A stretch of 64,000 nt of DNA from Nitrospira japonica. Its GTDB lineage: Bacteria; Nitrospirota; Thermodesulfovibrionia; Thermodesulfovibrionales; SM23-35. Of this stretch, positions 9,085 to 16,694 are shown piece by piece (position 1 is the first letter of the stretch; each line of letters opens with the position of its first letter). Both the position numbers and the translations under genes were made by a program. The notes beneath the pieces were generated by a model that was given only the letters and a program-made list of their open reading frames with translations, did no database searches and was not told where the DNA came from. The stretch spans positions 9,055 to 73,054 of the forward strand of contig DYFC01000017.1 in NCBI GenBank assembly GCA_020725385.1. The letters are read 5' to 3'.

Positions 9085-9655
9085 TTAGTTGGTATAAGCG
9101 AAAGCATTTTTAATGATTAAAGAGAAATATTCTATATCATGAAACCCATAAGCTTTACGTTTAATAACCTTAAATTTTATTGTTAATCCCCTCCATACGG
9201 CTTGTATGAATTGGAAATCTGCAATGGTTAATAATCCCATAAGCATATTTCTCAAGGGTTTTGTCAAAGGCTATGACAGGCTTTATAGCACTTTCTTTAG
9301 CTATAGAACACCAGTGTTTCAAAAAGCTTTCCGCACATTTCCGATAGCGATACTGCCAAAGTTTTTTCAGATAATCTTTCAGGATATAAACTATTGTAAG
9401 GGCTTCATTCAACTTAAGAAGAACTTTAAGTTTTGGTTTTTCTTCTGGAAGAAGATTACTCTTATTCTTCAGAAGAATATATTTACTCCCTTTAATAACT
9501 TCTTTGCCCTCTTTATTTGCCTTTCTGTATTCCATATTACGAACTTTATCTATTACCTGACCAAAGGCTTTGACTACATGAAACTGGTCAAACACAATTG
9601 CAGCATGGGGACAACTTTCTTTTACTGCTTTGATATAAGGATCCCACATGTCCAT
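9085..9655 (-). pseudogene. ISL3-family transposase remnant (5'-truncated, frameshifted)
   Basis: MDMWDPYIKAV...FDQFHV...EGINNKI continues in another frame as KVIKRKAYGFHDIEYF (ORF 9085..9267). An extra T in the run near 9175..9185 breaks the frame. The N-terminal half of the usual ~400-aa protein is absent. Confidence 0.8.
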
Positions 9656-9973
9656 CGCAATAGCCTGTATAGAATTTTTTGTTCCTCAAAAAGGTTGTGT
9701 AACATATACTTGATTTTTAAATCTATTCATCTGATGCACTCTTTAGAGTAAATTTTTATTTTTAGACAATCTTTTAGGATGTCTATATTAACAAATGGCA
9801 GATATACAAAATCTGGTAATTGGTTACAAGCAGGCGAGTGCCCAAAAATATTAGGATGAATGAAATGAGGAGCGAAAAACGAACCCAACCTCTAAACTCC
9901 TTTTGATTTTTTTATTTAATTTTTACATAAAATGTCCTTTCTTTTCAATTAAAATCGTAGAAACGTGAATATA

Positions 9974-10140
9974 ATTAAAAGCGTAGAGCAGAGAGCTAAG
10001 AGCATAGAGTGAAAAACCGTAAGGCGTAAAACGGGAAAAACCGGGAATCGTGTCCGCTGCCCGTGACCGTAAGTAAAAATGTAAAACGTAAAATGTAAGG
10101 CGTGAAACGTAAAGCGTAAACGCGTAAAACGTAAGGCGTC
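9974..10140 (+). repeat. Heptad-repeat mosaic element, copy A (AGAGNNN x4, conserved core, then NNNNCGT heptads)
   Basis: agagcag/agagcta/agagcat/agagtga at 9985..10012. CGT or TGT recurs every 7 nt from 10080 to 10139. About 140 bp is homologous to 11981..12122. Confidence 0.85.
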
Positions 10141-10346
10141 TTATTTGCCCGAAGAATGCAGTTAAAAAAATTAGAAAGCAGACTTGCCTAGATTTATGAA
10201 GACTTATGCAAATAAGTCTTGAATATTTTTATTCAATGGAAAAAGATAAATTTCTTTTTATAATCCTATACGTTCTGCGTTTATCTGTGTCCCAATGCAT
10301 TTTTCGGGTGTATTACCATATTTATTCAGCATTTACTATAATTCCT

Positions 10347-10372
10347 GTCATCCTGAACTCGTTTCAGTATCT
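10347..10372 (+). repeat. GTCAT-hairpin element (solo copy)
   Basis: gtcatcctgaa-ctcgt-ttcagtatc; same architecture as the cluster at 15116..15304. Confidence 0.5.
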
Positions 10373-10511
10373 CTATATTTTTAAAAATAGATTCTAAAAT
10401 TCAGTGCGACATTGTATATATAGACTTTGAATCGAGAGCAGAGTCACATGAAAGGAGGTTTTGGACAGTCTGTAAATATTTTTTCTTGAAAAATCAACTA
10501 TTCACTTATCT

Positions 10512-10685
10512 CTACGACAACCTTTTAATGATTCTTTTAGCTAAGCCGTCTTCAATCTCTTTATGTCTTGGAATAGGTTGACTTTTACCTGTTTTAGGAT
10601 TTTTATACCAATCATGATTAGCACCGTGGCGAACGAAAATACAACCAATTGAATTAATTATTTTTATCAATTTTTCTCTTTTCAA
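10512..10685 (-). CDS. hicA: HicA-family mRNA interferase toxin (absent from ORF track)
   Basis: My translation: LKREKLIKIINSIGCIFVRHGANHDWYKNPKTGKSQPIPRHKEIEDGLAKRIIKRLS*. TTG start overlaps the hicB stop (TTTGA). The GxxH...P.H.KEI pattern is typical of HicA. Confidence 0.7.
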   Translation of the reverse strand: MKREKLIKIINSIGCIFVRHGANHDWYKNPKTGKSQPIPRHKEIEDGLAKRIIKRLS

Positions 10686-10873
10686 ATTGCTACTTCTAAT
10701 ATACTAAAAGGTTCTGCATCTGGTACTAATCCTTCTTTAATATCATTAGCTATTTCTATTAAATTATTTTTTAATTCTTCCAATGTCTTACCCTGACTTT
10801 CATAATCAGGATATTCCTGAATATGTCCTACATACCATTCTTTTTCTTTTTTATATATAATATTTATCTTCAT
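10682..10873 (-). CDS. hicB: HicB-like antitoxin (UPF0150 fold)
   Basis: MKINIIYKKEKEWYVGHIQEYPDYESQGKTLEELKNNL matches the HicB N-terminal domain pattern. Directly followed by hicA. Confidence 0.7.
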   Translation of the reverse strand: MKINIIYKKEKEWYVGHIQEYPDYESQGKTLEELKNNLIEIANDIKEGLVPDAEPFSILEVAI

Positions 10874-10999
10874 AATTTTATCCTTACAGCACTTTTTATG
10901 AATTTAAAAAGGTTTAGGGGTCAATCAGTCATCTCCTTACTTTTCATATTTTATTGATTTATATTAAAGTATAACCTTCTTTTGTTTCAACAGAATTTT

Positions 11000-11148
11000 G
11001 ACAATAGCGAGCAAGCCTGCAAGCAAACAACAATTGTTCTATGTACAATGTTCTAAGTTCTAAGTTCTATGTTCCATGTTCTACGTTCTAAGTTCTATGT
11101 TAAAAAGATAGCAGCAGCAGAAGAAGAAGTTATCAAGAAGCCAAGCAA
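11000..11148 (+). repeat. 149-bp direct repeat R1, left copy (contains 9 GTTCTAN-type heptads and a GCA/GAA triplet run)
   Basis: Matches 11801..11949 with 3 mismatches by manual alignment. Heptads gttctat gtacaat gttctaa gttctaa gttctat gttccat gttctac gttctaa gttctat lie at 11036..11098. Confidence 0.9.
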
Positions 11149-11330
11149 CAGCCGCAAGGCGTGAAACGTGAAACCGTAAAACGTAAAGTGTGATTTTTTT
11201 AACATTTTACTCTTTACGATTTACTTTTTATAGGAGAAAACGTAAATCTAAGAGTAAAAATAGCGTGAAATGTACGCACGTTAGGAGTAAAATTAAACTC
11301 TAAAATATTAAACATAAAACCGTAAAACGT
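11149..11330 (+). repeat. CGTAAAN heptad tract ending in a forward/reverse heptad hairpin
   Basis: cgtgaaacgtgaaaccgtaaaacgtaaagtg (forward), then tgatttttttaa, then cattttactctttacgatttac (reverse) form an imperfect hairpin around 11175..11218. More CGT-phased heptads extend to ~11330. Confidence 0.7.
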
Positions 11331-11401
11331 GCAACTTTGCTTTTTTTTACTAATAAAAGGTAAAATTGAATCTAACGTATATGAGAGGAGGTTTTTTCCC
11401 T

Positions 11402-11605
11402 TTGATTAAAAATTTTACTCTTGAATATTGGCTTGACGAAGGTTGGTATGTAGGTAGGTTAAAAGAAGTTCCCGGGGTGTTCAGTCAAGGTGAGACTATT
11501 GAAGAATTAGAAAAAAATATACAAGAAGCTTATAAATTAATGTTGGAAGAAGAGGAGCCAATCCGGGATAATGTTCAAGAAAAGGAGATTGAAGTCAAAG
11601 TTTGA
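11402..11605 (+). CDS. hicB: HicB-like antitoxin
   Basis: A TTG 11402 start (GAGGAGG at 11385..11391) gives IKNFTLEYWLDEGWYVGRLKEVPGVFSQGETIEEL, which aligns with the N-terminus of the 10682..10873 product. Alternative starts are ATG 11381 and TTG 11366. Confidence 0.7.
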   Translation: MIKNFTLEYWLDEGWYVGRLKEVPGVFSQGETIEELEKNIQEAYKLMLEEEEPIRDNVQEKEIEVKV

Positions 11606-11781
11606 AAAGACAAGAATTCATTAGGGAACTTGTCAATGCAGGATGTTACCTCAAAAGGCATGGTTCAAACCATGATATTTACATAAATCCTAAAACTGGC
11701 AGTAAATCACCTGTTCCAAGACACCATGAAATCAAAGGCAGTCTTTGTAAACTAATTAAAAAACAACTTGGTATCATATAA
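11602..11781 (+). CDS. hicA: HicA-family mRNA interferase toxin (absent from ORF track)
   Basis: My translation: LKRQEFIRELVNAGCYLKRHGSNHDIYINPKTGSKSPVPRHHEIKGSLCKLIKKQLGII*. TTG start overlaps the hicB stop in the same TTTGA arrangement as the first pair. Confidence 0.7.
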   Translation: MKRQEFIRELVNAGCYLKRHGSNHDIYINPKTGSKSPVPRHHEIKGSLCKLIKKQLGII

Positions 11782-11800
11782 ATATATCTATTAACCCGAT

Positions 11801-11949
11801 GACAATAACGAACAAGCCTGCAAGCAAACAACAATCGTTCTATGTACAATGTTCTAAGTTCTAAGTTCTATGTTCCATGTTCTACGTTCTAAGTTCTATG
11901 TTAAAAAGATAGCAGCAGCAGAAGAAGAAGTTATCAAGAAGCCAAGCAA
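11801..11949 (+). repeat. 149-bp direct repeat R1, right copy
   Basis: See 11000..11148. Together the two copies bracket the hicBA pair 11402..11781. Confidence 0.9.
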
Positions 11950-12233
11950 AAAAGACCGTAAAACGTAAAGTGTAAGTATGATTAAAAGCGTAGAGCAGAG
12001 AGCTAAGAGCATAGAGTGAAAAAACCGTAAGGCGTAAAACGTGGAAAACCGGGAGTCGTGTCCGTTGTCCGTGACCGTAAGCAAAAACGTGAACTGTAAA
12101 CACGTAAAATGTAAGGCGTGAAATGTAAAAAAGTAGCCAAGTAGCCAAGAAGCCAAGAACAGCCATAAAGCGTAAAGCGTTAAACGCTAAATGTGGATGA
12201 TGATTTTCTTACACTTTATTTGTACGATTTATG
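11950..12233 (+). repeat. Heptad-repeat mosaic element, copy B
   Basis: Order of modules: CGTAAAN heptads, AGAGNNN x4, core homologous to copy A, (T/A)AGCCAAG x3, then forward/reverse heptads (gcgtaaagcgttaaacg ... cttacactttatttgtacgattt). The two ORFs 11882..12166 and 11896..12156 are translations of this repeat. Confidence 0.85.
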
Positions 12234-12381
12234 AAAATTTGTATTCTAACTAAAAAATGCAGATATTGTCATAAAGCCCCTTAAATGCTGGAGATGCTAA
12301 AATAATCTGAACTTGTTCAGAATCTAAATCTTTCCACCTTTAAACTAACAGGGATTAGAGGTGATTTTATGTTTCTTACTC

Positions 12382-12648
12382 TTAGACTATTCCTTTTTCT
12401 ATTAATACCCTTAGATAGTCTTCGCGTGACATGGGACATGATATTAAATCTTTAAAGTCTTTTTGTGAAAGCTTTAATTGTCCTCTAATTTTATTTACTA
12501 CCTTTTCTGAAATTTCTCCTTTACCATGTGAATAATGAACCCTAAGAATTTTTTTTCCGTTAACTATCAGCCATCCATAATTATGACCTGTGGAACGCAC
12601 TTGTAGTTTTAGTTTCCTAAAGACTTTTTCAATAGAGCTTTTCTTCAT
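12382..12648 (-). CDS. Divergent HicA-like toxin candidate
   Basis: 88 aa. The pattern LKLQVRSTGHNYGWLIVNGKKILRVHYSHGKGEI resembles HicA (G.H....P.H.GK.I) with a C-terminal extension. 4-nt overlap with the upstream gene. Confidence 0.45.
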   Translation of the reverse strand: MKKSSIEKVFRKLKLQVRSTGHNYGWLIVNGKKILRVHYSHGKGEISEKVVNKIRGQLKLSQKDFKDLISCPMSREDYLRVLIEKGIV

Positions 12649-12989
12649 TTAATTTCAATAAATTCTTCTAAATATGCAAGCCATTTTGCTGGCAATTTCC
12701 CTAAATTCGTTCTGTCGTTTTTCAAATCCTCATACAATGCTATAATCTCATCGCATAAAAGATTAATCGCCTCAAACTCTGTATCAGCATATGCAAAAGC
12801 TTCAATTTCATCAAGAGAAGAAATGACTGAATTTTTATCCATCTCTATGGTAATATAAAGGGGTTTTCTTAAAACATAATTTGGATGCTTCAAAGAGTTT
12901 ATAGGCAATACTTTATAATTTTTTTCTATTTTATTAAGTATTTTTCTCGAAAGTAAATTATATTGCTTATCAGTCAATATTGTCTGCAT
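12645..12989 (-). CDS. HicB-like antitoxin candidate
   Basis: 114 aa. The segment LYITIEMDKNSVISSLDEIEAFAYADTEFEAINLLCDEIIALYEDL resembles the HicB/UPF0150 beta-alpha core. Translationally coupled to 12382..12648. Confidence 0.45.
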   Translation of the reverse strand: MQTILTDKQYNLLSRKILNKIEKNYKVLPINSLKHPNYVLRKPLYITIEMDKNSVISSLDEIEAFAYADTEFEAINLLCDEIIALYEDLKNDRTNLGKLPAKWLAYLEEFIEIK

Positions 12990-13102
12990 AATTCAACTCC
13001 TTATATATATTTTTAAATATCTTTATTTTATCACAATAAAATATATATTTATCAGCAGAATAAAAATTAAAGCAATTATAAGATTGTTAAATGGCAACCG
13101 GG

Positions 13103-13252
13103 TATCAAGAAGCCAAGCAACAACCGTAAGGCGTGAAACGGGAAAAACCGGTAATCGTGTCCGTTGTCCGTGACAGTAAGTAAAAACGTAAAATGTAAAT
13201 TATGGAAATTGATTTTTCTAACATTTTACTTTTTACGATTTACTGTTTACGG
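13103..13252 (+). repeat. Heptad-repeat mosaic element, copy C
   Basis: Order of modules: tatcaagaagccaagcaaca (3' end of R1), core ccgtaaggcgtgaaacgggaaaaaccggtaatcgtgtccgttgtccgtgac, then a hairpin pairing cgtaaaatgtaaa (13187..13199) with tttactttttacg (13225..13237) at 12 of 13 positions. Confidence 0.85.
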
Positions 13253-13291
13253 AATAGAGAGAAAAGCAAAGAATTTGATTCATTTTTCTTG

Positions 13292-14326
13292 TTAAGCTTC
13301 TATAAACTTTTTATAAAAATCTAAGAGATTAGGTGGCACTTGATGAATAAAAGGATTAATTTCCTCAGCTTTTGCGTAATGAAATAAAGCTTTTGATGTA
13401 TTACCGAGTATATCGTGGATTGAGCTTATAAAATTGTGCAAAAAAGCAAACCCCGGGTATTTTTTAAGAAGATTTTCTGCTTCATTGATTGCTTCGCTAT
13501 ATTTTTTATTCTTCGCAAAAGAAAACATTTTCCTTTGAGAATCTTGTAAATCATTTGCAGTTTTACACTTAATACAAAGATATTCTTCTGCATAAGTAGA
13601 TTTGTAGTATAATGGTCTGAAGCCTTTGAAAAATCCATAAACATTATTGACAATTTTTTCATAGTTGTTGTTCTTTTCAAATTGCTCATTTTTCCAAGTA
13701 GTATATTGGGGATTATCACTAAAATTCATGTGTAATGCTGTTTGTTTATCATTCAGATAAATGTTCAATAATCCTACAAGTTGAATTCTTATTCCATAAT
13801 CAAGATCTTCTTGCCCATATACTCCATAATCTTCACACCAATAACCAAGTAGTTTTTCGGTTCTCTTTGGAATTAAAATACAAGCTCCTCCTAAATTGCC
13901 ATGTTTGATTATTACATGATGTCCGTTAATTTCTTGAGGAGGATATTCTTTGTTTTCGAAATTATAGGCAACAGCTCCGGCTACAGGTATATCTTCAATT
14001 GTTTTAACCATTGGAGCAAGCCATGGAGATTTTTGAATCATAACATCGTTATCTAATTTTAAATAATATTCAGCATCTGGCTCACATAGCCATCCAATAT
14101 TTGATGCCTTTGCAACTCCTAAATTGCTATCAAGACAAAAAAGATTTTTTATCAATTCTCTCGACTTCAAATTGTTCAAATATTTTCTTGTACCGTCAGT
14201 GCTATTGTTATCCACAACAGTAATTACATGAGGGTAATCAGCATATGCAAATATAGATTCAATGCATTTTTTAGTGTATTCAAGTCTATTGAAGGTAACA
14301 ATACAAATATTTATAAAATTGTTCAT
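13292..14326 (-). CDS. Family 2 glycosyltransferase with C-terminal TPR-like segment
   Basis: ICIVTFNRLEYTKKCIESI...VVDNNSTDGT...LDND motifs; helical repeat tail. Confidence 0.8.
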   Translation of the reverse strand: MNNFINICIVTFNRLEYTKKCIESIFAYADYPHVITVVDNNSTDGTRKYLNNLKSRELIKNLFCLDSNLGVAKASNIGWLCEPDAEYYLKLDNDVMIQKSPWLAPMVKTIEDIPVAGAVAYNFENKEYPPQEINGHHVIIKHGNLGGACILIPKRTEKLLGYWCEDYGVYGQEDLDYGIRIQLVGLLNIYLNDKQTALHMNFSDNPQYTTWKNEQFEKNNNYEKIVNNVYGFFKGFRPLYYKSTYAEEYLCIKCKTANDLQDSQRKMFSFAKNKKYSEAINEAENLLKKYPGFAFLHNFISSIHDILGNTSKALFHYAKAEEINPFIHQVPPNLLDFYKKFIEA

Positions 14327-15115
14327 ATATATTGATATAATTTAACATAAAAATGTATTTTAAAAAGCAAAAAACTAAATTGCCAATAATTTATGAAGAT
14401 TAAAGAGCATATAGTGGATAGCGAAGTTTTAAAACATACCATTCAACCATATTTTTAAAGTCTAAAAGGAAAAAAGACTTTATTTTTGGTTCTTCTCAAA
14501 TCGATTCTTTCTGAGTCGTTTTTTAAAACTTTCATTAATAATGTTTCTTAATGGCGCTATATCTGAATAATATATAAATGTATCTTTCTTAAACTGAATA
14601 AATTTTTCCTTATCCCTGCAGAAAATCAATTGTCTCTTTGATACTATCTCAAATGCAATGACAGGTTTCTTTGTTAGAGTTCACTGAAAGTTGATTCCTG
14701 ATTATTGTCTTTTTCCATTATGCCCGAAGCCTGCCCTCGAAATACTTTGCCGGAGTTTTCAATCGGGCATCCAATTTCTTTATATTATGGATTCCCCCTT
14801 AATGACTGCAGTGATGACGACATTAACGTATGTTTTTTTATACAATGTTTTTAGGTACTATTATAAGAAGATTAATAAAAAAGAGTGAAATGCTGACCCC
14901 TTTTTATTTCAGATTATTACATGTTATATTTATTACACATTATTTATTACACACTATTTATACGGTTTACCCAGTTTATATGGTTTGCACGGTTTAATCC
15001 AGATAACATAGGAATTGTATTTGCAGGATACAAGATGCAAAAATAAAAGACAAAAAAGACAGGATATAAAATTCCCATTAGAAAAGGGGAATGAGGGTGG
15101 TTATAATTATATGTT

Positions 15116-15304
15116 GTCATTCTCTGGCTCTCTGGTTCCACCAAACAAATGTCAGACAAGCCAGAGTATAAACTTGACCAGATAATTCCAGTGTCATACC
15201 ATGATTTGATCGTGGTGTTCAGAGGAAGTATAGGAAATGGATTCCCCGATTAAATCCGGGAATGACTCTTTTTTCTGTCATTCTCGGGCTTGACCCGAGA
15301 ATCC
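15116..15304. repeat. Cluster of four GTCATTC-stem-loop-stem-GAATCC hairpin elements
   Basis: Copies: 15116..15170 (gtcattctctggct...agccagagta); 15193..15222 (gtcataccatga-tttga-tcgtggtgttc); 15239..15266 in reverse orientation (ggattccccgattaaatccgggaatgac); 15277..15304 (gtcattctcgggcttgacccgagaatcc). A stemless relic lies at 14789..14806. Confidence 0.75.
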
Positions 15305-15448
15305 AGAAGATTGAAATAATGATTCCCTGAGCCTGCAAAAAAAACGACGGGTGGGAAAGTTAGGGAGTGACAATATAAATTATAAAAGGAAAATGTAAAA
15401 GTTAGATGATAAAGTTAATTTTAATAATAACTTGTGAGGAATGATTCT

Positions 15449-16693
15449 ATGTTGATAGTTCAAAAATACGGAGGAACATCTGTTGGCAGCATTGAAAGAA
15501 TAAAAGCTGTAGCTGATCGTGTATCGAATACAAAAAAACAAGGAAATGATGTTGTTGTAATCGTTTCGGCAATGTCAGGTGAAACCGATAAATTAATCGG
15601 TCTTGCAAATCAAATCTCGGCAGAACCGGATGGACGGGAGATGGATCTTTTACTTTCTTCAGGAGAACGCATCAGCGCAGCGCTTACTGCCATTGCAATT
15701 TCAGAACTTGGATTTAAATCAATGTCTTTTACCGGAAGACAGACAGGTATTATTACAGATGAAGCACATACAAAAGCCAAAATTGAATATATCTCTGGAG
15801 AAAGAATTAAAAAGGCTATAAAAAAAGGAATTATTCCGGTAATTGCAGGATTTCAGGGTGTTACAGAAACATCCGATGTAACAACATTAGGCCGTGGTGG
15901 CTCAGATCTTTCCGCTGTTGCGGTTGCTGCTGCGTTAAAGGCAGACTTGTGCGAGATTTACACGGATGTTGATGGTGTATATACAACCGATCCGAATATT
16001 GTGCCTGATGCAAGGAAATTAGATAAAATATCTTATGATGAGATGCTTGAATTAGCAAGTCTTGGAGCAAAAGTTCTTCAGACGAGGTCTGTTGAATTTG
16101 CCAAGAAATATAATGTTCCTGTTGTTGTAAGATCAAGTTTCAACAATAATCCCGGTACACTTGTTGTTAAGGAGGATAAGGATATGGAAAAAGTTGTTGT
16201 TTCAGGTGTAGCCTACGATAAAAATCAGGCAAAAATTACAGCTATTGCTGTGCACGATAAACCAGGTGTCGCTGCAATGTTGTTTAAGGCTATTGCAGAT
16301 GCAAATATAGTTGTCGATATGATAGTGCAAAATATAAGCAGTGATGGCAAATCTACCGATATTTCTTTTACAGTGCCTAAAACTGACAGCAGAAAGGCTT
16401 TAAAGATTACCGAAGAAATCGTATCTGAAATAGGTGCAAAGGAAGTTAAATTGAGGGAAGACATCGCAAAAATTTCAATTGTCGGTGTAGGTATGAGAAC
16501 ACATTCAGGAGTTGCAGCTACAATGTTTGATACACTCGCAAAGCATAATATAAACATAATGATGATTAGCACATCGGAAATAAAAATTTCCTGTATTATT
16601 GATGTGAAATATACAGAGCTTGCGGTGAGGGTATTACATGAAGCTTTCGGGCTAAGCAAGAATGTAAAAACAAAATCAAAAAAGAAGCTTTAA
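15449..16693 (+). CDS. lysC: Aspartate kinase (two C-terminal ACT domains)
   Basis: [12 protein letters not shown] start, [14 protein letters not shown] motifs. GAGGA sits 8 nt upstream of ATG 15449; the track start GTG 15434 is less likely. Confidence 0.9.
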   Translation: MLIVQKYGGTSVGSIERIKAVADRVSNTKKQGNDVVVIVSAMSGETDKLIGLANQISAEPDGREMDLLLSSGERISAALTAIAISELGFKSMSFTGRQTGIITDEAHTKAKIEYISGERIKKAIKKGIIPVIAGFQGVTETSDVTTLGRGGSDLSAVAVAAALKADLCEIYTDVDGVYTTDPNIVPDARKLDKISYDEMLELASLGAKVLQTRSVEFAKKYNVPVVVRSSFNNNPGTLVVKEDKDMEKVVVSGVAYDKNQAKITAIAVHDKPGVAAMLFKAIADANIVVDMIVQNISSDGKSTDISFTVPKTDSRKALKITEEIVSEIGAKEVKLREDIAKISIVGVGMRTHSGVAATMFDTLAKHNINIMMISTSEIKISCIIDVKYTELAVRVLHEAFGLSKNVKTKSKKKL

Positions 16694-16694
16694 A

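Noticed and set aside
11882-12166. ORFs 11882..12166 and 11896..12156 (94 and 86 aa, minus strand)
   Set aside because: Both are overlapping translations of the heptad-repeat mosaic. Their sequences are low-complexity and repeat-derived (F/L/T/Y-rich), with no start context.
9974-12233. Possible CRISPR array, because of dense short repeats
   Set aside because: The repeat period is 7 nt with degenerate units. There is no 25-40-nt repeat alternating with unique spacers, and no cas genes are in the window.
10980-13260. Integron-like cassette array (attC sites / CALIN), since small TA cassettes alternate with ~150-300-bp structured repeats
   Set aside because: I could find no RYYYAAC / GTTRRRY core pairs at the repeat ends. 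GTTCTAA does not fit GTTRRRY. No intI gene is nearby, and the cassettes are in mixed orientation.
14691-15159. ORFs 14691..14888 (+) and 14947..15159 (-)
   Set aside because: They lie in repeat- and hairpin-rich DNA, have no SD sequences, and have odd composition. Treated as non-coding.
15305-15448. Lysine riboswitch (L-box) upstream of aspartate kinase
   Set aside because: No AGAGGCGC / L-box conserved core or five-helix arrangement is recognisable. The region is mostly A/T with the hairpin elements described above.
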